From: Orbicella franksi
Taxonomy: Eukaryota
Direction of reading: 5' to 3'
Length of the DNA stretch: 64,000 nt
Assembly (NCBI GenBank): GCA_964199315.1
Contig: OZ116698.1
Span: forward strand, 34,038,001 to 34,102,000
Position numbers and translations under genes: made by a program. Under the pieces are notes generated by a model that worked only from the letters and a program-made list of their open reading frames with translations, did not search any database and was not told where the DNA came from. Every line of letters begins with the position of its first letter. The first letter of the stretch is position 1. Shown piece by piece: positions 25,455 through 37,718 of the stretch.

Positions 25455-28340
25455 TCCTAGATCTTTCAAACTGGAGCCCGATTACACTGCTTAATGTTGA
25501 TCTTCAAATAGCATCAAAAGCAATAGCCAGACGCATTGAACCGACACTACCAAACCTGATCCACTCTGACCAAACGGGCTTCGTAAAAGGAAGATCACGT
25601 GACATTGGGGAAATATCCGACTTATAAGTGACATAATGGAATGTACGAGTCTACAAAACCTGCCTGGCATTCTAACGTCACTAGACTCCCGTAAAGCTTT
25701 TGATTCGATTGAATGGCCCTTTATAATGAAGACAATAGACCATTTTAATTTTCGTAGTGACATCAAGCGCTGGATTAAGATATTCTACCCGAACACAGAA
25801 AGTGCGGTACAAAACAATAGTTTTATAACCAGTTGGTTTAAACCACCAAATGGAGTTCGACAAGGTTGCCCCCTCTCCCCTTATTTGTTTATTCTCTCTG
25901 CGGAGGTACTCTCAAATAAGATACGTCAGGATTCCAACGTGAGAGGAATCAAAGTCTTCGGTCAGCAAATCAAGCTGTCTCAATTCGCTGATGATACTAC
26001 TCTATTCAATGCGGACATAGAATCTTAAGAAATGGCCTTGAAAATTGTTAGGGATTTCGAAAGAATTGCTGGTCTGTCCCTAAATGTAAAGAAAACGAAG
26101 GCTCTTTGGTTGGGGAAATGGAAAAGTAATAGAAATAAGCCTCTCAGTCTGGATTTAAAATGATTCCACAGCCCTGTTAAGATACTGGAGATATATTTTT
26201 CGTATAATATTAAGGAGAATAACGAGCTCAACTTCGACAAAAAGATCCAAAAGTTGCAAACTAAGCTGGATATGTGGAGTTCACGGGACTTGACGATATT
26301 TGGAAGGGCCATGTTAATTAAAACCTTGGGTATATCGCAACTTATCTATTCGGTCTCTAATCTGGATGCTCCCAAAGGAATTGTGGAAATTGTAAGAACA
26401 AAATCTTTTAAGTTCCTCTGGAAAACAAAAAAGATAAAATAAAAAGATCAGGGCTTTACCAAGACCCAGTCAACGGTGGAATACGCATGACCGATTTTGA
26501 TATTATGTTAAAAGCCCTAAAACTCGGCTGGATCCCAAGACTGTTGCGGACTTTGGACAATAGTAATTGGTGTATTATTCCAAAGCATTATTTCAGAAGA
26601 AAGGGAGCTTTAAACTTTCTACTAAGGTGCAACTATGACACAAATGACTTTAACGACCTCCCGCTCGTCTATAAGAGGATACTAGACTTCTTCAACGAAT
26701 TAAAAACTCTTTACTCGTACGATCAAAAGCGAGAGTTAGTATTGTTTAATAACAAAGATATATTGGTGGACGGGAAACCCATCTTCCTTAGTGAATGGTT
26801 TAAAAAGGGTATTCTATCGATTAATGACCTATTGAATGAAAGTGGCAATATTTTAACATTCCACGAGTTCCGTGATAAATGTTCCTGTGGATCCAATTTT
26901 TTTACAGTATTATCAAGTTGTTAGCGCTATTCCGGAACGCTTAAGGTCTCTAGCCAAGTGCTCCGACACCATCAACAAATCAAGCTTTACCGGAAATGAT
27001 AATATCTTTTCCCTCAACGAATCGACACAAATTAATCTGTACAAGGCTAAGTCAAAGGACTTCTATAATTTGCTGAACGTCAAGATTCACACCGAAGATC
27101 AAACGGGCCCTAAACGTTGGAGCGAAAAACTCTCTTTAAAGAAAGACTTGTGGACTAAGAACTTTAAATCAGTGAAAAACATTCGCAAGGAAACTAAAGT
27201 AAAAGAGTTTCAATATAAATTAACCCATAGAACCATAGTAACTAAGAAAGAACTATTCAGATATGGTATTAAGGCGGACGATGAATGTCTATAGACCCTT
27301 TTCATAAATGGTTGCCAATTATAAATTCTTTTGTAAGTATTAAAATTAGCCTGACTAACCTCGTTTTTAAGTAGACAATACAAAAGAATTTTAAATTGGC
27401 AGCCATTTATGAAAAGGGTCTATACTGCGAAGATAAAGATTCAATTGAGCACTCTTTTATCGAATGCATGTTTACCAAATTGTTTACCCAAAAGATCTTG
27501 AACTGGTTCAACCAAGTGAATGCGTGTCAAATTTCTCCTACCACTGAGGAGACCTTGTTCGGTATTACTGCAAGCTCCCACGACACAACAATAATACGGA
27601 AATTCAACTACACTGCCTTACTTATGCGGCATTATATTTATTCAAGCAAGTTAAATAGCCTGGCCATCTCCGTTCAGGTTTTTTATCAGTAAGCTACTCA
27701 TTAAATACAATCTTGAAAATTTGTCAAATGTTTTATTGAGAAGTACTCCTCCCTCCTCAAAGTCAATATACAGTATAACATTGTAAGTAACTGTATGTTC
27801 AGCAAGTAAAGTAAGTAGAATATTATATTGTTAGTATAGTGTAAGTAGCCCGTATTGCAAGTAATTGTATTTTGTGTTAGTAACTGTATTCAGTATTGTA
27901 TTACTAGCCTGCAGAGCTGGCGAGATTTTTTCGAGCGAGCGCTCACATCGTAAAAAGTTTAGCCGCCATCTTGAATTTTTCATGCAGTGGAAGACTGGGG
28001 AGAGAAAGAAAGTTTTACCAAGGGGGTGAATGATAGGCAAGAGGAAGGATAGGGAAGGGGTGGAGCGAAGAAAATCTCATTTTTCCCCTTCCCCATTCCC
28101 CCACCGTCTAACATGGCGGTCTAACATGGCGGTCTAAAAAGGCGGTCGCAAGGTTGTAACGCTAACTCGCCCCAATAAGACGCCTGCACTGCAGGCTATT
28201 GTATTACCAGCATAGGTAACCCGTATTGCAAGTAACGTAAGTGTTGTTCTGTAAATACAGTAGCGTTACGAGACCTGCATTGTAAGTAATGTTTGTAGAA
28301 TTGTGTTTTGTAAATTAAAATTAATATTATTAAAAGAAAA
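25455..28340 (+). mobile_element. 5'-truncated, degraded L1/Tx1-clade LINE ORF2 (RT plus C-terminal zinc-finger region) and 3' UTR
   Basis: RT motifs NWSPITLLNVD, DQTGFVKGR, LDSRKAFDSIEW, GVRQGCPLSPYLF and QFADDTT. Downstream: KLDMWSSRDLTIFGRAMLIKTLGISQLIY and ECLYC...DSIEHSFIEC. Multiple stops and frameshifts; interrupted by MITEs at 27294-27420 and about 27905-28197. Ends approximate. Confidence 0.92.
27294..27420. mobile_element. 127-bp MITE inserted in the LINE zinc-finger coding region
   Basis: TIR of about 41 bp (GACCCTTTTCATAAATGG...). TATA flanks both sides (27290-27293 and 27421-27424). Confidence 0.9.
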
Positions 28341-29505
28341 AACTTAACCTACGGATTAAAACCTCAAGTCAGTGGCATCAAAATTGTCACTGTTTACAGA
28401 CGATTCATTTTCCAAGTTGAGTGGCTCAAAGCAACTTTGATTTGTTTGGTATGTCTGGATAGCCAAGCGACAGGTAACAGTAACTGTTTTTCCGAGCCAG
28501 AAAGATACAAAACTAAAACCAACTGTGGTTACACGTTTTCGCTTAATTTTGTACTCCTTTCTTGTTACCATAATTTAGATACGTGCGCATTTATTTCATT
28601 GGCGATAGGGCTTTTTTCTGGTTTTTGGAAGTGGGAAAAATGGACCCAAAATTATGCAAATGAGGCTACGAGAACGGACAAAACAAAAAACTTAACGAGC
28701 AGAACAATGGCTATGCACGTGCGCTCGTTTCGTAACCGTCCTCTGCAAAACAGCAACGTGAAATGACCAAGTTCTGCGTACTTTGGAGAACGCAAGGCAA
28801 AACTGATACTGCTGGTAGTTTAAAAAATTATTTTCAAAATTTTCGGCGAAAAGAATCAAACGTCGGAAAACGGCTTAAAAACAGCAGATTTGGTGAGTTT
28901 TCTACCACGGAAATACAAGAAACAACAGGCAATGTCATACCGGAAACAACAAAGGCCGTCCAAAACAGGCCGTTCAACACAACTGGGAGAAGTTTCAAAC
29001 GAAACACTCAATTAGTCGTAACACTTCCGTAAATTTTGTTACCTTAAATTTGGATCTTGTTCTTTTATACCTCAGCCAGCTTGATCGACTCGAAGTGGTC
29101 ATTTCACACGATCTGTAGCCTTGGCGAAGCTGTAAAATAGTAAACTCGTTTCATTTGACTTGCACAATACAAGCACGTAATTTTCAGTTACGCCATTACT
29201 TTGGTTCTTTCCGTATACATCTAACTTTTGTCACAGGTTTCTAGGATATTGACGACTTTAGAGGAGTTTGTGCGAGAAATATTTCGGAAGAAAGCTGTTT
29301 CGCTCGCTTCCACTCATGTTTCCCTCAACTCAAAAAGTGAATTCTGCCGCCTTTTCATGTCATCACGTGGTCTCACAAGGACTGGGAACTACCAAATTCA
29401 CGAATTTGATTGGCTGAAATTGACATTGAAAGCGGTCTAGATTTTCCCATCTGCAGCGGCATCTAGACCGGTAATGGTTTTGCAGTGAAAATTGTTGCAA
29501 ACTAA

Positions 29506-29913
29506 GGCCCAGTTCAGACGCCGAACTTTTCATGAGCCGAACCAAATATATTGAATTAAGTACATGAAAAGTTCGGCGTCTGAATCAGTTAAGAACGGCT
29601 ATTTGAATTTGGAACGGCCCGGCCGTTCTTCCCGCCTAGCTCAGCCGGGAATTTCGGCTTTGGAACGGCTTTGATTCAGACGTCGAACTTTTCATGAGCC
29701 GAACCTAATGCATAACTTATTATAACGTATTTTACAAGCAGTTTTTACTTTGCCTGAAAATCGCTGACATTTCGATGTGTTTTGGTTTAAACTAAATAAA
29801 GTTCGGCGAATTAAGCTCGACGTCTGAATCAACAGGTGTGCTTTTGGTAATTTGGGTCGGTCCAAATTCGAATTAAGTTCGGCTCATGAAAAGTTCGGCG
29901 TCTGAACTGGGCC
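29506..29913. mobile_element. PIF/Harbinger-like MITE, 408 bp
   Basis: TIR GGCCCAGTTCAGACGCCGAACTTTTCATGAGCCGAAC with TAA duplicated on both sides. It sits inside a repeat whose relative occurs in the opposite orientation at about 47240-47720. Confidence 0.85.
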
Positions 29914-30079
29914 TAAAATGCAAAATCATTGTCTATTTTCTTCTAACGATATTTATTTATGGAAGTGCCAAAAATCCTGATGAGAAAAAAAAGTAATGAG
30001 GACGAGCAAACTTTCGCAGAATTAAGTTCAGCTCATCGCCGTTCGCCACAATGTCAGCTAGTACAAACCAGTTACCTAA

Positions 30080-30738
30080 ACCTGATTTCGAATCGTACTG
30101 GTACCATCTATCGGCCAATCCATCTTTCTGCACAAAACGTTTTTTTTGGAGTTTTATCCAAACAATGCCCTTTATCAAATTTATTAAACTATTTCATAGT
30201 AATTGGAAAATTATTTTTGTGGGACTGCAGAAGGAGCCAAACACTTCCTAAAATTCAAGGACTGCAATCAAAACTTAAGATTAAATATGAAACTGAAAAA
30301 AATATCAACAAGAAAAACTTCTTTGAAAAGAAATGGGTGCTCACTCCAATATAATTATGCCCATCTTATTTTATTGCCTTTTTATTTTAATATGAATGAA
30401 TCTTTTATTTTGTTGCTCATTGCCTTAATATGAATTTAAATAGCATCAGTAATCATATTATTTTGTAAGTAGTGTAAGAAGTGGTATCGTAAGTTAAATA
30501 AAAGTAATCGTATTGTTTTGTAGAGTAAGTTATGCAAATTGTACTATTGTAAGTAACACCTGTAATTGCATTGAATTGTAATTAGTGCGTAAGTAATTGA
30601 ACTGTATAAAAACGTTTTGTCGGTAATATAACGGACTTTAGTAGTTGTATTACTTTTGTAAATAGTGTAAGTAGACGTACCATTGTTTGTAAGTATTATT
30701 AATCACAATTAAAGTGTCAAAAAAAAAAAAAAAAAAAA
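30080..30738 (+). mobile_element. 3' fragment of an L1/Tx1-type LINE ending in poly(A)
   Basis: ORF tail ...LLNYFIVIGKLFLWDCRR...KLKIKYETEK...FEKKW, an AT-rich UTR, and an A run at about 30718-30738. Confidence 0.7.
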
Positions 30739-31982
30739 AGGCTGGCACATATAAGGCCCCACTTCTACAGTGTAAGTCGAATAATTCCAGTCTGCGAATG
30801 CATCAGGTTCTCATCCCTCCCAGCCGGTTTAGGTTTGAGAGGCTATATTTCCAGGTAAGTATACATACATTTCCAATTTAATTCATATCAGTAGACGTTC
30901 AGCTTTAATGAATCCGATTGATCTCACATTGTAGTGTATTTGCTGATGCCACAAGTCTGGTAATACTTGTAATTACCTAGGTGGAGTCAGCAGAGGTTCA
31001 CTTTAAGAGTAATTTTTTTCTGCAAATGTAATGACTCCGGTCCGAGCTTGAACTTGTGCCCCTTGATCAGGAGTCCAGGGCACCAACCATTAGGCTGTTA
31101 CATCTGCCCACATGTCCACAGAGTTTCTTAAGGTGATCCCCTAGTAAAAGAACCCGCCATAGATTTCCGATGAAACTTGGTATGCTGTTGTTACAGGACA
31201 AGGAGATATTGAAAACGTAGCAAAAAGAGGGGGTCACCGTGCTTGTTTCTACCCCACAATGCTGACAAATACGGTTATTTAGGCGACTTTTGGTAATCTC
31301 CGTGCGCAACAAATAAGCTGGATTATTTTTCAAAGCAGCGTGTTATATTACACAGAGTTTGACTTTCTTTGATTGTTTATTCATCTACGTCCCAGAAAAA
31401 AATGTCTTAAAATACCCTGCATTTTTTATCCTTTAAAGGAAACAATTTGGACATGCGCTGTTGGGCCCGTTATGTCTCCTTCTGTAGTATGCACAAAATA
31501 AACCATTTTGAAATAACCGGATTCTGGTGATTCTGTCCATCCGGTTTCACTGCGCAGTCTGCGTTTATGGCGCATGCCTGAAATGGTTGCTCCCAGAGCT
31601 CTCGTTTTCCGACCGCTGGTCAAGGGGAACGAAGACTCTGGGAACGAGATTGTAGTATGCATTTCAATTGCCAAAAAAGTAGCCATAGATTTCTGCTAAT
31701 TTTTTTCTCAGTTATTGAGGATATTGTTCTCATTGAAATTATGAAATAAAAAGTGGGGGTCACCGTGCTCGTTTAAGAGAAAAGGAGCATTTACTTCGCT
31801 ATTGAGCTTAGTTTGAGGGAAATTTCTTACGTTCTGTACGCGCACGCACTCATGTAGGGATGCGCAATGTAATACTAAGGAATCACCTTAGTTATACTGC
31901 CACAGTAATTTCAGTGACTGTAGTGCTATGTAGTTTCAAATTTTATACATCTGTCTACAGCCGGATCAAAAGTAAATCCATT

Positions 31983-34900
31983 TCAACCTGAGGTATTTTC
32001 TTCACTGTTCTCTTGCTCTCCAGACATAAATGCAGGCATGTCGGGAGTAGATGATTCCAAGTCATCAAATTCTTCAGTTCTTCTAATTTCTACTTGAACC
32101 AAGCCAGTGGACAGTGCGTACAGTGTCATGGCCAGGGCAGCCACACCAAAAGCAAGCCATTTGTTACGCTTTTCAGTTGAGTCTGATGTGTCATCTTGGT
32201 CGGAAGATGACTGAGACTGTTGCTGTTCTAAAAGCAAAAATAACATCATCAATGTACTCTTGTTATGCTTACCAATGTTTCATTTCCCTTTTCTAGTGTT
32301 GTAAGACTACTTTTTAGTGCTGACTCTGAAATCAAAATTACATGTAGCTTGTGTAAAGAATCAACCCCTTAAAGGCTTGATCTGTAAATGCAGGAAAATT
32401 CTGCTAAAATATTTTGAACATGCTTACCTTCTTCCTCTGGTGGAAAGTAGCGCTGTAATATACGACCACAGAATGAGCACAAGTTATCATATCCTTGCAA
32501 GTAATTACACAACTTATTATTTGGCAAACACGCTTTCCAGATGACTGCAAGGTGAGCAAACACCACTGCATCAAGGGTGGTTGGACTGGAAAAATAATAC
32601 ATAGAAAATAAAATAACATTATCGTTTTAAGAGGATAAATGTGAAGCTTTTAAAGTTGAGGTCTGTTTTTATCCTTATGGAGGGAGGTGTAGTGGCCTTA
32701 TTGTTTGGGTGCTGGACTCAGGACTGAGTGTACCTGGTTCAAGCTCTAGTCAGGGTCAGTGCATTGTTTTTCTATTTATGCTAGACATTTCAATGCTGGG
32801 GGGTTAGCCTGTAATGGACTTGTATCCAAAACATGCTACAAAAGCCAGAGATACAGTGTAAGCCTCAGTATCATCAGAAGCCTTCTTCTTTGTACTCTTT
32901 CACTGTGTTTAATGAGTAAGACGTTAAAGTATCAAACCCGACTGCAAATTAGACAAATTTAAACAAACATTAATTTAACGTTAACACCTAACCGCTTTAG
33001 CTGGTTAGCAGGTGAGATGGTTAGCAGTTTAGTGGACAGCAGCTCTCTAAATCATCCTAATAGTGCACTCTGGACTAACAAACTGCATATGTACATAGTA
33101 AGAATCAAAGGAAGAACGTGATGTCACCTGTCTCCAAAGAAAAACTCTTTTCCATCCAGCACAGTAGATAACAGTTTAAAACATTCCAAGGCATCCTTAA
33201 AAAGCTGAAATTACACAACAACTAATCATGACATCATATCAAACTAGGAATTCAGTTTGATCTAATGCAATAACATGGCCATCACAGTCTTGATAACAAC
33301 TGAAGCTGTGTGCACTTTGACTTGACTTGACTTGACTTGACTCTCTTAAAGCACATAAACTTACTTACACTAATTTGCAAGCTATAAATTCAGTAACCTT
33401 ATTTCAATTTTTTTCTCAATAGAAACCCGCAGCCGGTGGAATTCTGCTGGCTGTAAAGACAAATATGTAGCTGCCTGTTCCAGTTAATCCAGATACACAG
33501 TGTTGTGGTATATGCTACTATTTCATTTAAATATTGGTCATTCGGATAGTAACATTTTCTTTTGTGTGCATTTTTATATATTTTATTGATTCAGAAAACA
33601 CATGCTACATCTAATTTTACGCTCTCAAACAACTTGTTTTCCATAAGTTCAACAAGTACTTAACTGCAACCCTTTACCCCTCCCCCCCCAAAAAAAATTG
33701 CATGAAAAGGCATCTTTGGCAGCCTATAATTTCAAAATTTTCTGGGGGGTGGGGGGCATGGCCCCGGACCCCTCCAGGTTGGGTCGGCCCTTTGGCCTTG
33801 CTTTATTCTGCCTGTTAATATGCGCTATTGGTCACCTGTGAAAAATTCTACTGAGAACCCTTTAAGACAAAAAATAGCTCCTGAATCATTCACAGACAAA
33901 CCTTATTTTCCAGTACATCATCTGTTTCCTCTGAATACATTCCATCAGATATTTGCCATCTTGTCTGTCTTGAGATCCGCCCAGGAATGAAATAGTTCAA
34001 AGGAAATGGCAATCTACGTGCATACCATGGACGAGTGAATTTGGTGTAATTCTTATTATCCACCCAAAATGTAAATGACTGCAAGATCAAGCATAGTGTT
34101 ACTTTCACCTACCTACAGTGATCAACAAAAGAAAATTTGATTTGTTGATATGGTGGGTTTCCGCAAGTAATTTTTAATATAACTTTGAATGGTTCCATCT
34201 AGCTGTCTAGAAAGATCTTTTGTTCTGTTTTTCACCAGGAAGGCAACTAGTTTAACAAGCAGGCAAAACTTTTTGAACTGATCTTCTTTAAAAGAAAACC
34301 TTTCTTCTAGATGGTCAAATCATCCTCACAGCCAGTCAATTTGTCTAGTGTCCGGACCTCATTTAAACCCTGGTTTTCAAAATAATATTATTAATTTGCT
34401 ATATTTAGGGGTTGAGGGGTTAGGAAATATGTCTAGACCATGTCATTAGTTAAGATAAGGCATCTTGGGTATGTTCTCCCAATTGTTTTTCATGCCAATT
34501 ACCGGTTAGTATTTTAGGCATATTTTGTAAGGTTGGACATCAATGGGGAAACTGAAAGTCAGCAAATTTAATTCTAAAGTTATGTACCATTATTTGAAGA
34601 CAATTCTGATGCATAAGAGGTAACATGAAGGATACTACATACAACCCATTCAAAATGATCACATAAATAATTATTTACAAATCGTAATAAGTATAACTTA
34701 CAATTGCTGGATACAGTTTGTTCCGAACCAGAGAAACAAATGCAAGAGTATCTGCCCCCTGTTTGGCTGTCAACTGATAATCAGCATTGAAGTTCTGGGG
34801 AAAAAAAGTACCTTTTCAGTCTCACTAGTCCGATGGGCAAGGGATCAGGCAAGTTGTCTGCCAACTACATCATTAAAAGAGCAAACTATTTCTTGCCCAG

Positions 34901-35274
34901 TGCAAGCATTACTTGAGAGATACTTGCCAAAGGGCAAGCTGGAATTTAAGTTTTCTTCGAGCCCTGTAAACACTTTATTTTTGTGACAATGGATGCGATT
35001 CATTCCCGGGGGGGTACTTTGGGAATTTCTGGGTGGGGATGTGCCGCTGTGACCCCGGAACCCTTAGCCTATATCAGAGCTAGTTCAGCTGAATTTTGCT
35101 AACCTATACTAGAGTAAACTCCCCAAATCCCCCTATCTATTGACACTGTTGAGGCTGATTTGCGTAAATTTAAACTTGCCGATTTGATTTTTTTATATTT
35201 TTGAGTGCAATTTCTGGTTTCCTTACTCTAGATAAAATCTTCAACCAACCAGTCACTTTTGTGAAAAATGATAC

Positions 35275-35311
<37 letters not shown>

Positions 35312-35352
35312 GTGCTAGAGTAAACTGCTTGAAAACTATACCCTTCACAGCG

Positions 35353-35383
<31 letters not shown>

Positions 35384-37718
35384 GCCCCCCCACCCCACCC
35401 GGGGATTCATTTTTATAATGATGGATCTGGATTTACATACATAGTGGATCCATAATATAAGTAACTGCCTGAAAAGCAATTTGTTAGTTCTTGGGACTAC
35501 ATTTTTTCACCAAAAGAATGCGGGACCAGGCTCTTAGGCCATAAGAGGTAACAACAATGGGGCAACTTCATTACATGTCTGTTGGTTACCACCTCACATT
35601 TTATAATTTGCCTTTGGTTCTTCTGCATGCCAATACTGACATTTCAAGGGAGCATAACTGGTAGTCTCCTTCATATCAAATATTTGGGTTGTGATACAAT
35701 GCTTCTTTCCAGTAATGGTTTGGGCCAGCGCATAAGGTTCACAGGACAGTTTGCCAAATATTTTGACCACATCAAATATCAAAATTCATGGCTTATTATG
35801 ATCCTACTGTAGTTTGAAAACCATCAAACAGACCTCATATTTGAAGGTGATATCAGACATCAAAATCAAAACATCCAATATACATGTAGAAACTTCAAGA
35901 AATATTACAGGTACCAAAACTTTTTCAATGTTGCACCCAAGAGACCCAAGATTTCACCATGTAATAAGTTCTACCAGCTCTTAACTATTTGGAGTCAATT
36001 TGTATCTAGCGTGAAACATTCTCTATACAAATTAGCATGTCAATTAGCCAAAAATGTAAAATAATGATGTCAGCAAAGATAGCCCTATAGCTCCTTGGGG
36101 TTACACATCTATATATCAGTCAGTACAAAATGGGTGGAGACGCACTGGCCTCATGGTTAGTGCACTCATCTCCAGATCAAGCAGTCTGGGTTCAAGCCCT
36201 CGCTAGGCACATTTTGTTACATTCTTGGGCAAGACACTTTACTCTCACAGTGCCTCTCTCCACCCAGGTGTAAAAATGGGGACTAGCGAATTTAATGCTA
36301 GGGGGGTAACCCTGCTATGGACTAGCATCCCATTCAGGAGGTCAGAAATACTCCTAGTAGCTTCATGCTACAGAAACTGGTATAAAGCTCCAGCCTGATG
36401 AACTACTTCATGGCTTGTATACAGACGTAACTTTTTACCAGTACAAAATGACAACTGCAGACAGCAGCCTACAAACTGCAGACTGTGCATAAAATGCAGC
36501 CTAGGTACAAAGAGCAGATTCAGAATAAAAACTGCCATAACATTTCACCTTAAAAATTACCCAGTGCCACACAATTGCTCTCCACCAGAATTTTGCATTA
36601 CTGGGGAATATTCTTCTGTGTTTTTAACAAAGTGGTCAAGCCATAATCGTTCTTTAGGAATAGAATTTCAAGCCTTCATAGTCTTCTCACTACACATGCA
36701 AGATATACTACACATGTAAAGAACATGCAATATTCAAGAACAACTGAGTAACAACACAGGTTTGCGTACAGTCCATCGTCTTTACCTTTTTAACCCATAT
36801 ATCAGTATTCATTTTCAAACCGATATAGCAGTGTTCATTTGTAACTGATATATCAGTGTTCATTTTGTTGACAAAATGCAGGCTGTGACCAAAACTGTTC
36901 TTGGTATATTTTCAATGTTGAAGGGTGACCACACACCAATTTTTAAACATTTGTTTGTATTGTAAGCAATGTGACTATTAGTATATTATGAAGTGTTAGT
37001 AGTGCAAGTAAAATTAGTACTGTAAGTATAGTCACTATTGTAAGTAGTATTACAGGTAATTTTGAACGTAATGTTCGTATCGTAAGAAATGTTAGTATTG
37101 TCAGTAATGTTAGTATTGTGAGTTATGTTAGTTTTCCAAATAATGTGTACATTCAAATGAAAATAATTTTAAAAAAATGTAACTACCGGAATATACCTAC
37201 TTTTTCCCTCATGTAATCCATGATCTTGCTTGGTGTTGTTAAAATATCTTCACCGGATTGTAAAACTGGGAATTCTCCTTAAGAAATGCAAACGTATTGT
37301 AATAAGCTTAATACCAATTTGATACCAAAACCATGAAAACATTTGCTTATAATTAGGAAACTATTTCTCTTCCTATCGTCTTTATTAATTAACTATAAGT
37401 ATTGTGAAGCTGCAGATGCAACGTACCGGGGTAGAAGATTGTTTCTGGCCTGTTTCCTGTTGTTTAGACCTCTTACTGGTAGCTATAAAGCGAAGGCTCA
37501 ACGCTTACCTACAGGAGATTTCCAAGGATTGTTGCATCGATTAACTCTTAGCGGACACTCAGCAAATTTAGCGTAAGCCTATGGGAAAAAAAGAGAAGCA
37601 TGAGATATTTGGCTAAAACAAAACTCGTGAAAGAGATTAATTTACGAACCAAAACTTCTAAACAGCTGATGTCTATGGAGGGAAGATTCCAATCGCCTGG
37701 CCAAGAAATTACCTCCAT
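31983..37718 (-). CDS. MTX1: Metaxin-1/3 homolog (mitochondrial outer-membrane SAM complex component), 8 coding exons, 321 aa
   Basis: Exons: 37718-37650, 37578-37509, 37277-37201, 34794-34702, 34078-33902, 33204-33128, 32585-32428, 32227-31983 (966 nt, all GT-AG, phases consistent). Protein: [16 protein letters not shown]...[13 protein letters not shown]...[18 protein letters not shown]...TFWVDNKNY...[17 protein letters not shown]...[15 protein letters not shown]..., with C-terminal TM anchor [21 protein letters not shown]. This matches MTX1/MTX3, which have the anchor, rather than MTX2. Likely co-orthologous to vertebrate MTX1 and MTX3. Confidence 0.93.
36130..36425 (+). mobile_element. tRNA-derived SINE with CORE-like central domain
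   Basis: A/B-box head (TGGCCTCATGGTTAG...GGTTCAAGCCC) followed by TTGGGCAAGACACTTTACTCTCACAGTGCCTCTCTCCACCCAGGTG. Partial copies at about 32690-32850, 41235-41300, 54500-54660 and 63830-64000 (-). Confidence 0.75.

Noticed and set aside
35594-35782. ORF in a metaxin intron considered as the missing exon 3
   Set aside because: Wrong phase and stops. The real exon ([11 protein letters not shown]...) is at 37277-37201.
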